Source of the DNA: Catajapyx aquilonaris
Lineage: Eukaryota
Reading direction: 5' to 3'
Assembly (NCBI GenBank): GCA_000934665.2
Contig: JYFJ02001086.1
Coordinates: 1 to 64,000 of the forward strand
Length of the DNA: 64,000 bases
Positions 28,501 through 42,700 of this stretch are shown piece by piece. The notes under the pieces were generated by a model, which was not told the DNA's origin, made no database searches, and saw only the letters and a list, made by a program, of their open reading frames with translations. How positions within the stretch are numbered: position 1 is the first letter of the stretch; each line of letters opens with the position of its first letter. The position numbers were made by a program, and so were the translations under genes.

Positions 28501-31500
28501 GAACTTTACAAGGGCGAAGGAACAAGATAGCTGTGATTAATATAATTGATCTGGTATAACTAGTTAGAGTGACTTTTAATGATTCTTTTAGTTCCTTTGC
28601 CTCCACTGCGACAATAATGCTCGACGTTGCATGCCACTTCCCACACAATGGCCTATGGGATGCAAAATAAATATTTCGCAACAAAGAGGAGCATCCATAA
28701 TTTCATTGCGAACATGCTGTGTAGCGAGATGTAATAGATAAACGCATGCACGAGATACGCTAACGTGAAGCCCAAAATAGCGGTGGGGAGGGAGGGAGGG
28801 TAGGAGGGAGGGAGAGAGAACTCTAGCTGAATTGAAATTCATGTCATGTACGGGGCGGTCGAAACGCCAACTAAAAATTCTCTGCTGTGGGGGGTGCAGA
28901 TAGATAAGGATATCAAATAGCGGCCGGAAAAGATGGGGAAATAGTAATGGGAGTAGCGTTTCAAATTTATATTAGGGGAATGTGATGTTTGCCCTTATCA
29001 ACTGGTCGTTTTCAATATTGAACATTGAATGCATTTCAAATTTACGCATCCGTGTGAGAGAAGCTCAATTTGATATTGTTCAAATATTAATATATGCGCG
29101 TATATTAATATATTGGATGATTTATTCTACATAATTATGCAGGGTTATTTGTATACATGTGCGATTGACCTTGGCGATTGACCGTCGCGTATCCTGAACC
29201 GAATGATACGTACGATGACCTCCCCCTGCAAACACCGATCTTGTCACAAACTCGTTGACAGAAAGCTGGGAGAAATATCCATGGAGTTAGACAAGCATCC
29301 TGGCTAAGGTGGGAGGTAATAAGTTTGAAGTGGCCAAACCGTAGCCATAGGGGATGCAAAAACCTGCTCCTTTTAATGAACGGCAGGGCGCAGCTTTGCC
29401 ATTCACCTCTTTTCCACCACAGTTAATTAGCCTGACAGGAGGATATTGCAGATTGTGGCGACCAAAACACTCCTATGCGACCATGTCTTACACTGATTTC
29501 AATTTAGCCAGATGAAGTTGACGAATTTACGCAAATGTGTACCACCAAATGCTTGGGAAGCTCTGTCACATCGGGCCTTCGATTGCACCCAAACGACCCA
29601 GGTTTTGTATCGATGACGTGATAAGCATTCGGCTGAACGTGGCAGAGCAGAGGACACACCACCACCAGAAACCGAATACGATGTTATACGTGCAATATGG
29701 CCGATATTTTGCTGAAATCTAATGCACGGTGGGAGTGTGCCTTCAGGCTCTTTCATGTATAGGGTGACACTCCTCTTAATGTCATAATGGAGGGGTACGC
29801 TTGCTCGAGGCATGGTCACGGTGACTTAGAGGCTCACTTTCTATAGTGTTTTATTTCACAGTTTTTGTTCATAGGTGTGATGATGGTTGCATATCGCCAG
29901 GATATGACGGAAACTTTTTTTAAACATCGTCTATAAGCTAATGCGGATGTCCGTACTGCGTTGATTTTATTTCACATTTTTAATTACGTTGTCTCGAGGC
30001 TGAATAGACGGATGGACTACTTCCGCTCAGAGTATATAGACTTTTACAAACTGATTTGTCTGCTTGACTGCCAGACGGGCAAATCTAACCGTAAAGGCCT
30101 GTGGCTTGGATGGTGCGGAGACAGTTATTGCTCCTGAAGGAAGACTTGCAGCGGGGATTTCTCCAGGCAAAATGGACCACTTTCACGATGTTGTTGGGGC
30201 AGACACGACTTTTTTGAGGGGGGATGGGTATACCCCAAGCAGGACCAGGTCAACTTCATCCTATTGAAACACGGCCGTGCAGGGGTAGAAAGAATTATTT
30301 GCCACAACATGTCCGGAAATATGACAAGTTAATGCGTATTTATGGCAGAGCTCATTTTTGCGGCCGGGATATTTTTTCTGGTTTAAAATTTAAAACCTAC
30401 AGAGCGCATATATTCGGCTCTTAATGGAAGTATGATAAAACGGATATACTGTAGCAGGTAGTAGAAATTGCTGTAGCTCATCAGCGAAACTCATTTCACT
30501 ATAAAAGAGGTTCTCCAAGAGGAAAAAGAAGTAGGGGGTGAATGCATGAAGATGAGTGGAATTAAGCTGCCTGGAGGTCGTCACCCGCATTCCGAGGATG
30601 AACAAGGTACCTAGTAGGTGGTGGATCCAAACATTCTATGAATAATTTACTTATCAATCAACTGGGCTTTGGGTTCTAGAAGCTACGCCTTTTTTTTACC
30701 TAAAGCGTTGACAGGCTAGCATGCAAGTTACACGTATAGTCCGATTTCGTGCAGCGGCGCAAAATATTCTTGGTGGTTCCGGCCCCAAAATGGCGGACTC
30801 TTTAATGTCCGGCATGCTCCACATAACGCAGATGTAGCTTAACGATGATGGACAGTTATTATCCGGGGAAAGAGGAATTCCACCACGCCCTCTTTGTTTT
30901 GACAGACGGATTTAACTCGCGGACTCGACTGTCAAGAATGATTGCTCTTCACAAAATGTCCCGCCTGAATATTTCTTGAACTGCGCGCAGAGCAGACGAT
31001 ATTTGGGAAAAAATCTCCCGTTTTCTCGTGCGCGAAGGAGCAATTTGTCATGTGAATTCCACCGCAACTGCTATCATGTAGCCAACTCTCTTCATGGACT
31101 TAGAACAAGCTTTCTCTGCTATACCCCCCGCTTTGTTCAGGGGAGGCCATTAATCATCCCGTTGATTGAGCGAAGGAGGATTTCGAAGGTAGAAAAGTTC
31201 ACCTGAGAAGACTCGAGCTCGGCCCCTAACCAAGTTGGGAAAACAGTGATGGTGCTGCTGCACGCGGCTGGTCTGCTCTAGAGCGAATGGCAAATTCCAC
31301 GCTGTTTTGTGGCACAAACAGTGTTAGGCGGTTAAGTTTATTTTCTGCGCGGATGGATTCACAGTGGATACCATGCTGCTGCCACTCCAATGCAGGCCAA
31401 GTTTCTATCATGGAGTCCCCACGTCCCGGTCTCATCCCGGATTTTCACATGGATCCGTCATGGTTGCCAGCCTGGAAAGCCTGTGAAACACGAGGTTCTA

Positions 31501-33213
31501 TGTCGAGATGGGGTTTCACAAGCGGGAACCCGGCTCAGGAGCTGCACTGGAAAACACACATCCCAAAATCATTGTGGACTTGGCCCAAATGGAAAACCAG
31601 GGTGTCAGGGCTTCCCTCGCGGATATGTGCCGGAGGTGTCACGTGACGGCGCGCAATGCACCAGTCATTTGTTAGGGAACTTTATGAGATGTGCAAATCA
31701 TACGTGCCTATCATTCCAAAACGCGCGGTCGGTCCTCAAGGCATCACGTTTTTTGATGACAAAATCGTCCGCTTTTTGTTTGCAGTCATGAAAATAGAGC
31801 CTTGTTTTATGCCGGGTAATATACCCGTCCTGCCACATAATATTAGGACTGTATGGCCAGTGTTCGAGCGTTAAAAAAAGTGCCAGGTAGTGGCCCTGCA
31901 GCAATGAATGAGTAAAAACAATCTCTGCACCAGTCCGATCACACACGACATGCTTAATTAATAGTGCAGCGTAATGAAAAGGCAACATCGCTTCGGCGGT
32001 CCTGCATTGTGGTCGATATTGGAGATATAGCATATACGTATATAAAGCCACTAGGTAGACATTTTAACTAACCACGACAAGCGTACCTAGCCGCAATGTG
32101 TAGTAGATAGCTAAAAGAGGGGTGTAGGTATAGTAGGAGGGAAGGGATGGAAGGGGGGTTAGGAGTTCCCCCCTCCCTGTGTTCCACATGTCTCCCAGGG
32201 GCAATGAAACTTTCTCCTCAACTCCACGGAAGTCTTTTACACGCCTTGGCGAAAGCAGAATCTGCGGCGAGGGAAACTTTTCCGTAACGAGCCAGAGTGG
32301 CATTTTCGCCGTCAGGGAAGTGCCCGATTTGCATAATCCCCTGCTTGTTACTGTTATTGCATATGCGGAATTAGGTAGTACAAAGAGGGGTGGGGGAGGG
32401 ATTGGTGGGGAGGCCTCGCAGATGAGGCTTTTGCGGAGTCTGTCGGTTGGTCATCCGGGATGTATAAGTGGCTGACCACCTCTTCATCACTGCTCTGGAA
32501 TTGTCTCCGGGAGGGAAAATAAACATGGCGGGGACCTCGTAGGCCGCGGACCCTGATTACCTTGGCTCCCCTTCCAGACAATTCACTGATTTAACTCCCT
32601 TTAATTAAAATTTTACTGGTCCTTCCAGGGAATCAGGATGGTTCAATGTTTCAGCCAGTCTTCAACCTCAAACTCACCCTAATTACATTCTCCAGCTGGG
32701 GTTATGTCTGGGTCTGACCTGGGGAGAATATATGTAGAGCTGACAGCGGTATGTGGTGAGAACATATCCAGAATTGCAATATTACGAGAGGCTTTTCAGA
32801 TTTTTATCGCCGGACACGTTTTAATCATGGCTTAAAGGAGTCGTGGGCTATACTTATACGACAGGGTAGACTACATAATTATACCGCATGCGGAGTGTCG
32901 GCATAAAAATCGGAGGCTTTCAGACGGTTTGCTACTTTTCCTCCACTTCACGCTGAGAAGAAGAATGCTTCACGGTGTGCACTTATTTTCTCACTGTATA
33001 AGTCACATTCTGTGTATAGGGTAGACGATTTTTCAAATTCACCTAAAAAAGGCGAAACGTGAGACTGACGGGTTGAGGTTTTAAAATGTTCAAATGTGTC
33101 AAACATAATATGAAGGAAATCTGTAATTCTTACTGACTATGCTACAGATTAAATGCGACAGTTAATATACATGCTGTTATTTTTGGACATCAAATTGGCT
33201 CTCATTGGCTATA

Positions 33214-33471
33214 ACAATAATGGATACCCCGTGCTAGGGCTCCTTGGGCCTCTTAGGGGATCATCTTTTATTTAACCGACTTTAATCATTGCCTGCACTG
33301 TGATGGATTTTCATAGCGGGAGGAAACGGGAGAACCCCGAGAAAACCCACGCGAACACGGAGGGAACCCATCGAAACTCTATCCACATAAGAAACCTCCG
33401 TCCGACCCGGCGATCGAACTCGGGCCCTTAGAGGTGGAAGGCTGCGGCGCTAACCACTCCGCCACCGGCTG
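33214..33471 (-). mobile_element. Full-length tRNA-derived SINE (~258 bp) with V-SINE/MetaSINE-like central motif and 12-bp target-site duplication
   Basis: Seen on the minus strand: Pol III A box TGGCGGAGTGG (33454-33464) and B box GAGTTCGATCG (33411-33421); central motif GTGGGTTTTCTCGGGGTTCTCCCGTTTCCTCCC (33318-33350), resembling the GTGGGTTT(T/C)CTCCGGGT.CTCCGGTTTCCTCCC motif of V-/Meta-SINE families (recalled, not searched); short ATT/GTT-type tail; exact flanking direct repeat TCATTGGCTATA at 33202-33213 and 33472-33483. Confidence 0.92.
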
Positions 33472-36400
33472 TCATTGGCTATACTCTTTATAATTAACGC
33501 ATTTCTGCAGCAAGAACAGTTCTATACTGATGTGTAATATCAGTTGCAGTGTAAATGCCAGATTCCTGTTTTGCAATTAATTTCCACATAATTATAGAGA
33601 CCCTACCACAGACCCACCGTGTACTTTGATACTGCTGAAACAAGATATCGTACTGGGACGTATTAATTATTTAGGTGACGTTACAGTGCATATTAGTAGC
33701 CTAACTTAGCATTGTAATGCGCATGGATGCCTCTTCATCTTGATTAGACCAACATCCCACATATCAGACACTTGAGACTTGTCTAGCCTAGGTTCGTCTG
33801 TGAAGCTATTCGGGTGCTCTGCATGGCATAGAAACCTTATATTAGCCAAGGCAGTGGCTTTAAAAATATGCTGATTTTCCCGGAGCAATTGGAATATGTC
33901 CCCGGATTGAGGTTTCATGCTATGCGATATCTCAGGCTCACAGTCAGCAAATTAATGTTTTCGTTCCAAAGGCAGAATTTTTATATTTCATTACTGGGTC
34001 CTACAACAATGCTTCACATTACGACAAAGGTAATGTTACGTGTACATGCGATAATCGTAATATTTACATACCGGTACACTGCTTTATTAGCAATAATGCA
34101 TTGTACCGTGCATGTTATTATGCTGAATGCGCCGATCTACTAGATTACTCTCGTTTGGAATAAGCTACTGTCTGAAGGTATAACTTTCAGGCAAGCTGGT
34201 CAACGTCCTCAGTGCGATATATCAAAAATCACATTACTCAGAGAGAGAGAGGGGGGGGGNAACAAGTTTAAAAAGTTGGGCGAGTCAGGCTTGTTTGCAT
34301 TTGGAGGGGGGGGGGGAGAGAGAGAGAGATCAACCAACTATAGACCTATACACAATACTCCAGTATAGCAACCGGAATATGACACTGGGAAAAGGAATCT
34401 CTTAATATAACCCGTAACCATACAAGGCTTATCTGTCAGTTATTAGTCGCCTTAACTCCACTCGTGTCAGGTCCTCCGTTCTCAGTATACAGCTTGGGGT
34501 TATTGCGCTTGGATGATAGTATCCTGTATACTGTATACCATAGTAAGCAGTGCAAAGTTGAACAATGGTACGAAAATCTATAGTAGTAAATTATGTGTGC
34601 ACACTGAGCACACTACCTGCTTTAAGTTTAGATGTGTTACGGTAGTGAATGGAGGTGATGGTCAGAATGAAGCTCAAGCACTTTATATTCATGCTACTCT
34701 GCTTTCAGTAATCAATTCGCACAAAAGCGCAAAGTGAAGTCGGATTATAGCACTCTATAATACGGCGAACAAAATGAATCATTCGATTTATATAGGGTGT
34801 ACATATCATACTGCTAATAAAGAAGTAACGTGGATTGCAGTTGGCAGAAGTGATCTTACATGGATCCCTTAATTATACGCAGATTATCAGATAACGCGTG
34901 GTTTTGATATGCTTTGCCAGGAGCCGGCACATGCACATGATAAGTCATTCAAAAATTATTAGGAACACGCGACCCGAATCTTCACAATATGTTATACAAA
35001 ATAATTATGATGGATGGACGTATGGTATCGCTTATAATAAGACTCTCCGACAGGCGGATATGCATTGCCTGGGATAAGTCAGGCCATGAGGAGGGAGTCA
35101 CAATGCGAGTGTAAAATGTAGGGGAGACTTTGGACATTTCATCCCCAGCTTCCATTTACGGAGTCTTTCCACAGTGAGCCTAGGTCCCCCCTCAAATTGA
35201 CTGAAAATTCCGGCAGCGCCCTCGAATAAAGGACCGCATTCGTCACAAGGACGAGGGGAAAAGAAGGAATGGATGATGTAAGAAGGGAGAGAAAGAGGGG
35301 GTTGGACACCACACCCCAGATGAATACTGAAGCCAGCAGCAGAAGCAATGGGAAAAGGCGGTATACAATAATCCATGTTAGCAGATAGGGAAGATTCGAG
35401 GGAAGCTGCGCGAACGTGATAGGGATGCAAAATTCGAATTGCTCAGCCCCCCCTAGACTAGGCCTAGCCGCCATTGTAGCCAGACAATGTATCCCTCCTC
35501 ACCTCTTCCCCTGCTCTTAACCACATTTCGGATTCGATTAGGGCTCGATTCATCCTCCGGGAGATATATAGAAGGGCCTTCATTCCATCCAAAGATTATT
35601 GCGGTTCTGCCGCCAGGACGCTACCTCTTCAATGAAGCCTATACATACCGGGGCTGTTTCATAAACGGCTCAGATTAACGTGCCACGTAATCATCGTTTC
35701 AAAATGTTAGGTTATACATTGACGTGAGCTTGCGGCGTTGCCGATATACGTAGCTGAGTGGCTCATGTTGCAGGCTTTGCCATGACAAACCGTGACTGCA
35801 CCCAAATTCCCACCCCAACGATGAAAGCACAGCAAAGAGCCCACACAAAAAGTCGGATATTTGCAGACTAGCCCAGAGCATACAATATCATAGAGTGAAG
35901 GTCAAAGGGAAAACCCGGTGTACAAGCGGTTTGGGAGGAAAAAGGCGTCAACATGGCCTGAGAAAATCGCGGCGGATTTCCACAATTCAATCCCGCAGTT
36001 GTAGAGAAGCTTGCGCGATAACAAGACGTTCAAAGTGCCGATTGGGTTTGCTGGCGGGTTTCTCTTGGGGCTATGAAAACGGCACGCCACCCTCTTCTAT
36101 TGCGCTTTTATCAGCCACTTTCCACCAATATAGTCCAAAGAAGTGGAATAAGGGGTTGGTGCGAGAACAAACCCAAGTATTACGTTACTTCCATTTTTCC
36201 ACCCTTAGGCAACTCCTCTGGTTAACTAGTGTATCTTGAAAATAGGTCGCGGCATTTGTAATCGATATGTGTGCCTACAGGTTCCAACCCTCGTGCTATA
36301 ATATCATGATGGGCCTATATAAAATTGCTTTCAAAAGGTTCAGATTTTCTGCTTGACACCAGGATGGCTAGACCTAACCTCCTGAATAAAGTTGGCAGGT

Positions 36401-37239
36401 CTGATATTATATGATTTACCCGAAGCTCATATATCTGGGTAAAGCAGTCCACTACAAGAAGATGGAAAACCCTGTGCTGAAAGTTAGTGCTCTTGTTACT
36501 GCAGTCTACATAAGTAATTTAGTCGAAGTTGTGCCCTTTAGAGTGGCTATGGTAATATGGCTATGTTATCTTTGGCAGCGCAGATATTATTATTTCGAGG
36601 TGGGTGTGCCCCCTTTCTGAAACTTAATTATTCACAACGAGTAAAATACAATTTGTAAGCATTCATTTAAATTTATGAGCGAACATGCAAAGAATGATGT
36701 GGTAACCCGGCGCAAACAACCCTCCGGAATTAACCAAAGTACCCCCTGTGACACGAAAATGTCAGAAGTTGGATGCCTTTTAAGCCTTGGAATTAACGCG
36801 AACTTATGAGGAATGCAAATGGGCGAATGACATGTCATAAAGTTCTCAAAAGACGCCGCTTTCATGCAGCATTTCCCGCTCTCAGCTTCAATCGTACTAA
36901 TGGTAAGATTTCAAGGATTTCAGCAGCAGAGTGTGGCACCAAAAAGCGTGCAAGAGGTTTGCTTCGGCATGTTGGTCCGGGGGTGTGCAGGACTTCAGAG
37001 ACGTGTAAAAAGAGATTCCTGCACGCTGTAGGCCATCGTTTTGTCATGGGATACACCCCGCATCAAGAGCTGGAAGCCACCTTCTGGGCTTGAAAATAAC
37101 GAGCAACATGCAAAAACTGGTTCGCTAACACTTGTAAACAGATACAGGCGAACGTTTTTTATTATTATTTTGTCTGAAAATGTGGCATCGAGGCTATGTC
37201 AATTTCCGAACGAAATATAGCCGGAACTCTGGCACTTAC

Positions 37240-37260
37240 CGGGGAGAAATCATCTACCAT
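37240..37260 (-). other. Candidate 21-nt micro-exon (MVDDFSP)
   Basis: Minus strand cctcttgttatatcag|ATGGTAGATGATTTCTCCCCG|gtaagt. Only frame 0 is free of stops; length is a multiple of 3. Confidence 0.3.
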
Positions 37261-37476
37261 CTGATATAACAAGAGGCGTGTGCAGGAAGAGCCTAGTCTC
37301 ATTTGTGTCCCCCTCCGACACTCATCCTGATGGGCCACGGAGGAATTGTTTCATAAACTTCCCATCAGATTGGGACTTCCCATGGAATATAACGCATTCC
37401 CAGAATAGCACTCGGGTGGCTCGATTCCTTTGTTCCGGAAACTTTATCCGCACTTTCCCGAGAGATGGTTGAGCAT

Positions 37477-37512
37477 GACGACGACGACGACGGTGATGAT
37501 GATGATGATGAT
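37477..37512 (+). repeat. Compound (GAC)5-GGT-(GAT)6 microsatellite
   Basis: Seen directly; accounts for the poly-Asp and poly-Ser stretches in the ORF track. Confidence 0.95.
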
Positions 37513-39573
37513 AGCAGTGATGATAGTGCTGATGAGCAGAGACACACTAGGGTAAACTACCGGACTCTGCTGCAGTGGACGCTGCCAACTCTTGTCACTT
37601 TCAACATGTGCTGCGATCTTGTACCTTACGGAGGTATTCAGCTCGAGTGGAATTATCTAAAAGGAGGGTGCCGGCCAGAAGTGGAGATGATTACGGAGAC
37701 AGCTCGGGTCGTGACAATAGGCTTAATGGCAGCGATAATGGCGGCATTAATGGTATACGTAATTTAATTCCCCTGTGAGCATCCAAACACACCGAGGAAG
37801 GAATTCATTATCCCACTAATCCAGCCTGGCACTCAAGAAGGCTGACAAAAGGGAACTTGTGCGCGTCACATGCAGTCCTGCTGGGAGTAGGCTGCAAGGT
37901 ACACGTTGCTCTAGAAGTATGTTGATAGGGGTTCCGGCATAGTTTGAGGCAAATGAAGGTCATAAGAAGAGCCATTGGCAACGGGGAGGGTCCACTGGCG
38001 GTATAACCCCTGGATTAGGTATATAGTACTGCGATGAAGAAGAGAGGGTACACGAGAAAGGAGGAGAAGTGCAGGGGGAAAAGAAGGACCATCAGCATCA
38101 GTCAAGTGGGCCAGTGGAGGGAGCGTCGCCATCCAGTGTCGTTCAGACTATTGGTTCAGGGCGGCCGGCAAAGCAGCAGTCAGCGTGGGGACGCCATAAA
38201 GAGTCTGAGGGGGCGACAGCAGCGCCACTTCCTATACTGCACACTTGACTCGCCAAAATGTTTGGTCCATTTGCTTGGTGAGTTTTTCAGGGCGTGGGAA
38301 ATGAATGGCGGTGGGTGCATTTATTGATCTGCCCAATAAAGGGCTTATCTCCATCAGCTCTCCGGGACACGTCGTAGGATCAGGCCTATCCGTCCATCAA
38401 CACAGGGCCTCAGCTCGCACCCTCATTATTATGGAAATTGAGCAAGCCTAGGCTATTCATAAATCACAGGGGGACCATCTAGGAAGATACATTTTGACGC
38501 ACCAACTAATAGGCTACAGGAGGTTCTACATTTTCAGGACATGGCTGTAGCCATAACTCTACAAAGTACTGATAGGTTGGGAGGTTTTGGCGTAGTTGCA
38601 CCCTGACCTGGCGTAATATTCCCTGTGTGCATCCACTTAGTCTAATGAAGCGGATCGGAACGTTTTGATACCGGGCTTTATCTCCCGGGGTACCAATATT
38701 CCAAGTTCGCACCGGTCCAGTGACAAATCCATACTAGCTGGGACATTTGCACGATTGCGAAAGTCTCACCCCCCACCTCCCCCCGTACAAACAGAGTTGG
38801 GGTGACACAGTGATCAGTGGAGAGCCATTGCCTTTCCCCCAGAATGGGCCAATCCCCCAGGGGATTGCAAACAGGGAGTTAGTGTAAAGGAGGCAATGAA
38901 TAATAAATAACCAACCTTCTCCTCTTGATCAAGATGGATTTGCATCGTACTTCTACCCCATATAGTCTCCAGCAGCTCTCCAGGAGAGAGATAACTACTA
39001 CTGTTGGGGTGGTTGGTTGGGGAGGGGTTTGCAGATGGGAATTTGCCAAGAAGCGTTTATCATGATAAAGTTGGGGATCCATGCTCAGGTCTCGACCTCA
39101 AATGCATCATCTTTTTTCGATGCCAATTGCCGTATTGCATGGATACACACCCGATGGAAATGCTCGTTTTGCTCAAAGGGAATCATGCTTTGCCGCATCT
39201 CTCTCTACCCCAATGTTTCACATTTCACTGGGGTCAAACTGGTGAATAAATTGCCGACAGATACTATATGTTCAATAGACCATGTTCAAAACGCAGTCGT
39301 GACTTTTCAGCAACTGCCTCTCTTTTTATGCAGATCGATGATGATGATTCTTCGCACTGCAATAATAGAAATATACAGTATATGAGTCTAATGATTTCAT
39401 TACCATACATACATACTGTAATTATTTTGTTGATAGTTCGCATTTAGCATGGTTAACACTGCAGCAACTGTTTTCATATAATAAATATTGTTCTTCCATA
39501 TGATATTTCAGCTGACTAGTGATAATTTCAGATGCGTAAATTCCACTATTCTTCTACTTGTAGTACTGTATAC

Positions 39574-39758
39574 CAGTGATAAGCACAATTCGATTCGGAA
39601 TTGAATTGGATTCGCGAAATTCATCATTCCGATGAATTGAAAAGAATTGAATTGAGGACAACAGAATTCAATGAAGATTGGACGTGAGTGGAATTGAATT
39701 GGATGCGAATACCGAATGAATGAATTATTGATTTACAAATGAATATCGCCCATTTCTG
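39574..39758. mobile_element. Old non-autonomous DNA element (hAT-like MITE) or degenerate GAATT-repeat patch
   Basis: Many GAATT/GAATTG units (e.g. GGAATTGAATTGGAT twice). The ends CAGTGATAAGCACAATTC and reverse-complemented CAGAAATGGGCGATATTC match at 11/18 positions. A 9-bp direct repeat CTTGTAGTA flanks it (39557-39565, 39760-39768) but is offset from the left end. Confidence 0.4.
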
Positions 39759-42700
39759 TCTTGTAGTAAAATCTTTTTTAACACGCATAGTTTATGTAAC
39801 ACGTCAATGTAAATGGCCAATAGGCCAGTAGTGCTTACTCAAGATTCCACAAACATTTCCGAATGATGTAACTGCCAATGCGACATCACATAACTGTTGA
39901 CATACCATGTGTATTCTAACACTTTGAAGGTATTAATTGAAGCCCCCCACATAATACGCCTCCATGAATGCGGAACCAGTTTATTTGTTAACCCCTGTTA
40001 CACTGCTAAGTGGACCATTTGCTTTAAAGCGAAGGTATATACAGAGCAGGTAAATCAATTAACGCATTTCACGGCATTGTAGTCCCTCAACGAAAAGTGG
40101 CGAGTGTGTAATTGTGCAGGTGTGCAACACGCACGACTATCTGCTGAAGCAAAAACGTATTAGAGCACACTGCACATATCATCCATCCGTGGCTGGCGAT
40201 AGCAGCACGATAGCCGTTGTGGGAAAGCAGAATCCAACTAATGGAGCAAACGAAATGCTGCGATGAAATAGCAACCCCCCCTCAAAAAAGGGGTGGGGAA
40301 GCCGACAGTCCCCAGGGATTCTTTGATATTTATATCCTTTGCATGTAGCCACCAAACGCTCCCCGCCATCCGATTGATCCTCACGCGACTGCCAAAAGGG
40401 CTTCTCTTTATAAATTTTCATGGATCCAAATCCCAGAACGCAACTCAAAAGCGCTCCCTCCAGATTCCAATGTTGCCTGCAACCCCGTTTAGGATCTGCT
40501 AATAATTCCTACTGTTTATGCGGATTTAATGTGAAATATTGCGCACTTTGGGACCTCCCACCCTTTTTTTGCGTGCTTTGGGCGTGGGGAATATGGGTTG
40601 TGCCAGCAATGGGTGCGTATCTCGTCAACATCATAACTGCACACTGCTTCATTAATAACGCGTTGTTTGACGGGGAATTGGGCATTACGCAATAGCGGCC
40701 TTCCATTGTCCCCTACTGGGAAAGCTGATGAATTGTGCACAATTGTCACTGCAAACTTCATATTCCGGCTACGTGGACATTATTTGGTGGTTTGCTTCTG
40801 ATCGATTCGACGGACATTGACTGTTGCTTATCTGACCTTTGATATGCTCGGCTCCGACTGATTTTCAAACAATTTGGTCAGAATCTACTGTACCGCACTT
40901 TTTTTTGTATAGCCGATATCACCCGGGCTTTTGCCGCATACTTGCATTTGCGATTATTAATATACTCCTCATGCTGGAAATACCAATTCGGATGGAAGCC
41001 GGGGAAAAAAACTTGCATTATTACTGCATACCTTCCTGAGTGAAGCAAGCCCGTGCGTGTAATAATCTGAAAGCTCAATAAGCTTCAATAAATATTAAAT
41101 TTCAACGAGACCTGCCAGCTAAATAAGATTTTCCCGAAATAAAAACGCTATAGGCTATACATTGTCGTAAGGTGTGAGTGACCTGACGGTATCAGAAATT
41201 GCAATCACTTGACGACCGATGTTGTAATTTCCTCATATAAAATTGCAGCATTTTGCTTTAAAACATAATGAGAGAGGCATTATTGTTTTGTATTGATTCT
41301 TTTTCAACTCCCACTTCTTTAGCACAAGTACATTAACATTCATCAGCCGAGAGAGGAATTGAGTACTGTTACTCTCTGAAGTACACCTTCCCAATGAGGC
41401 TTGGGGAATGGGAAGAAAACAGCCGTGAAAAACTTTGAACCCGGAGCTTTCCAGCCCTGATAGGTCTCCCGAGCCCAGGAGGAAGTAATTCCGTCCACAT
41501 TGGCAGAAAAGCTGGTGGGGTGATCAGACGACACGGAAAAGAAGGAGGAGGAGGGGGGGGGGGAGATAGGAGTGGGAAGGGGGGACCTCTATTAAGATGC
41601 CGACCGAGGTTCCAGAAAAGAGAAAATTTTATTGGAGCAAAACCTTGATATGCTGAGCGGTTACTGGAGGCAACAGCAGCAAAATTTCAATTTTTTTGTG
41701 TTGTTCGGACCTAACACGATTCGGGTGAAATATTGTTCATATTTCGTGGAGCTCGGAAAATAATGCATGCGAATGGCGTCTAGCAATAACGTGCAGTGGA
41801 AAGTATAGTCACCTATACTAACTCAGTGAGACAAATGCTGTATGAATCCTGATTGCAATATATTGGACACAAAATCGGTAATCAAGAAACTAAAGAGCAG
41901 GTTGTATGTACACAAACCTAGGAAAAGAGATTTCACAGTAACAGATATCCTAAAATTAGTGCATAGTATATGTAAACAAATATGAAGATTTTTTTTTTTT
42001 TCCCGGGGCCTGTTTCAAAAATGCCGGCCGATTCCATCTCCCTTACCCCATTGGCTGAGAATAGTCATGACACCCAACATGGCGGCCCCCACACCGACCT
42101 CAATGCCACAGGCCCACAACCAATCACAGCAGCTGTCGCCATTGGCCCATTGTCGTTCTTCTATCATACCTGGTAGAGGCCGTGTCATGATAGTTTTCCC
42201 CGTCTCTTCTCTCTCNCCCCCCCCCCCGGTTTCGCCCCAGATGTGCCCTCACTCCATGGTTCGAGGCCAGGCCGCGACTTCAGTGAAGTCTGTGCCAATC
42301 CACGCGGAAATACGGCCATAAAACACTCGGTAAGTCGAGATGCGGAGAAGGAAATCTAGCTTTTTCTCAGGAAGTGGGGGGACTCGGGACATTTGCGTGT
42401 AGACCAAATTTCATTCGATATTTGAGTAAGTGTGCGATGTCTGTGTTTATGCGATATTTTTTGCCATGAAAATGAGTGAATTTGGGAAAAGTTGCTTTCA
42501 TACTAATATACTAAATAGGCATTGTGTAAGTGTAACTGTAGATGATCGGAGCTTTCCCTGAGAAATCGATTTAAAGTTGAAATTAAAATGAGTGAATGAC
42601 ACGATGTAGACCGATTTCGCAACAGAGCTGCTCTGCTTCGCGTATTTCAGTCTGCCGTTTAATTTGATTGTTGATTTTTAAAAAATGTTAGAAAAGCAGT

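Noticed and set aside
29084..29111. 28-bp near-perfect palindrome ATATTAATATA-TGCGCG-TATATTAATAT
   Set aside because: Arms are low-complexity AT; plausible by chance or slippage.
37465..37767. Acidic ORF with hydrophobic C-terminus
   Set aside because: The poly-Asp comes from a GAC/GAT microsatellite and the rest has no recognisable homology.
38506..38712. TWNIGT resembling the start of a LINE endonuclease
   Set aside because: Single short motif; no downstream QET or other endonuclease/RT motifs.
2070..42227. Isolated N bases (2088, 34260, 42216) beside long G/C homopolymers
   Set aside because: Typical sequencing or assembly uncertainty at homopolymers, not biology.
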